From NCBI GenBank assembly GCA_965242965.1, contig OZ251518.1:96001-160000 (forward strand): a DNA stretch of 64,000 nucleotides, in the 5' to 3' direction. The stretch comes from Candidatus Poribacteria bacterium (lineage in GTDB: Bacteria; Poribacteria; WGA-4E; WGA-3G). The first letter of the stretch is position 1, and every line of letters starts with the position of its first letter. The notes below the pieces were generated by a model, which saw only the letters and a list, made by a program, of their open reading frames with translations, was not told where the DNA came from and made no database searches. The translations under genes and the position numbers were made by a program. Below, piece by piece: positions 63,525 through 64,000 of the stretch.

Positions 63525-64000
63525 TCAGCGCCAGTCAGAAAAGCGGTTCGCCTTGCCGGCAGTGCGCGGGAACGTGCCAACCGGCACTGATTTCACGATA
63601 GCACGGAATCCCAGAACGCCTTGAATTTTCGCAGTTACAGCTGCGGCAGTTTGTTCGGGATTCGGATTCGTGGATTCAACCTGAATTTCAAGTTCATCCT
63701 GTATTCCCTCGCGATAAGCCCGCGCCGAGAATTCAGCGACATCCGGGAATTGGAAGACGATGTTCTCAAGCGTAGCGGGATAGATGTTCATACCGCGGAT
63801 GATGAGCAGGCTATCTATCCGGCCCATAACGCCGCCTTCCAAAACGCGATAATCCATGCCACACTCGCAGGGTGCAGACTTGAGTTTGACGTAATCGCCG
63901 GTGCGGTATCGGATGACAGGCATCCCAACGCGCCCGAGGTTGGTAATCACTAACTCGCCGGCATCCGCAGGTTTAGCTGTTTCTGTATCAATGACTTCGC
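63525..64000 (-). CDS. Phenylacetate-CoA ligase family protein, 3' part (truncated by window edge)
   Basis: EVID..GELVITNL..MPVIRYRTGD..C.CG..GRID..IIRG.N.YP; frame open to the window end. Confidence 0.88.
   Translation of the reverse strand, partial: EVIDTETAKPADAGELVITNLGRVGMPVIRYRTGDYVKLKSAPCECGMDYRVLEGGVMGRIDSLLIIRGMNIYPATLENIVFQFPDVAEFSARAYREGIQDELEIQVESTNPNPEQTAAAVTAKIQGVLGFRAIVKSVPVGTFPRTAGKANRFSDWR

Overview
Bacterial chromosomal window, probably Candidatus Poribacteria or a relative. This is inferred from an LRR-dockerin protein ending LLANYPNPFNPETWIPYQL, a secreted protein ending AVAPSGKLATTWGHLK, orphan EutN/CcmL genes, a sulfotransferase and a halogenase-like gene. Core content: ribD-ribE-ribBA-ribH-hisH, hemW, thrC, glcD/glcE, dsbD, an RND permease, a split histidine kinase/sigma-54 regulator pair, tRNA-Phe and tRNA-Thr. 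Two genes are missing or truncated in the ORF track: a C25/PorU-like peptidase running off the left edge, and a peroxiredoxin-like gene with an in-frame UGA (probable selenocysteine). Many defence-type genes are interspersed: two AAA-ATPase/DUF4276 pairs plus a third AAA pair, a DUF3990 pair, a type ISP/IIG R-M enzyme, an Rpn gene with an internal ribosome-binding site, an MTase-Mrr fusion, and a tRNA-adjacent island with a PLD-SNF2 helicase and a PRTase-DprA cassette flanked by duplicated antitoxin-like N-termini. The most striking unexplained structure is a modular small-repeat system. Several families of GTAG-anchored hairpins with compensatory stem changes fill many of the larger intergenic spaces. 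They are packaged inside TIR-bounded MITEs with 9-bp target-site duplications, supply stop codons, and sit in-frame inside at least three protein-coding genes (thrC twice, a halogenase-like enzyme, the LRR protein). All protein assignments come from motif recognition by eye; no database searches were run.
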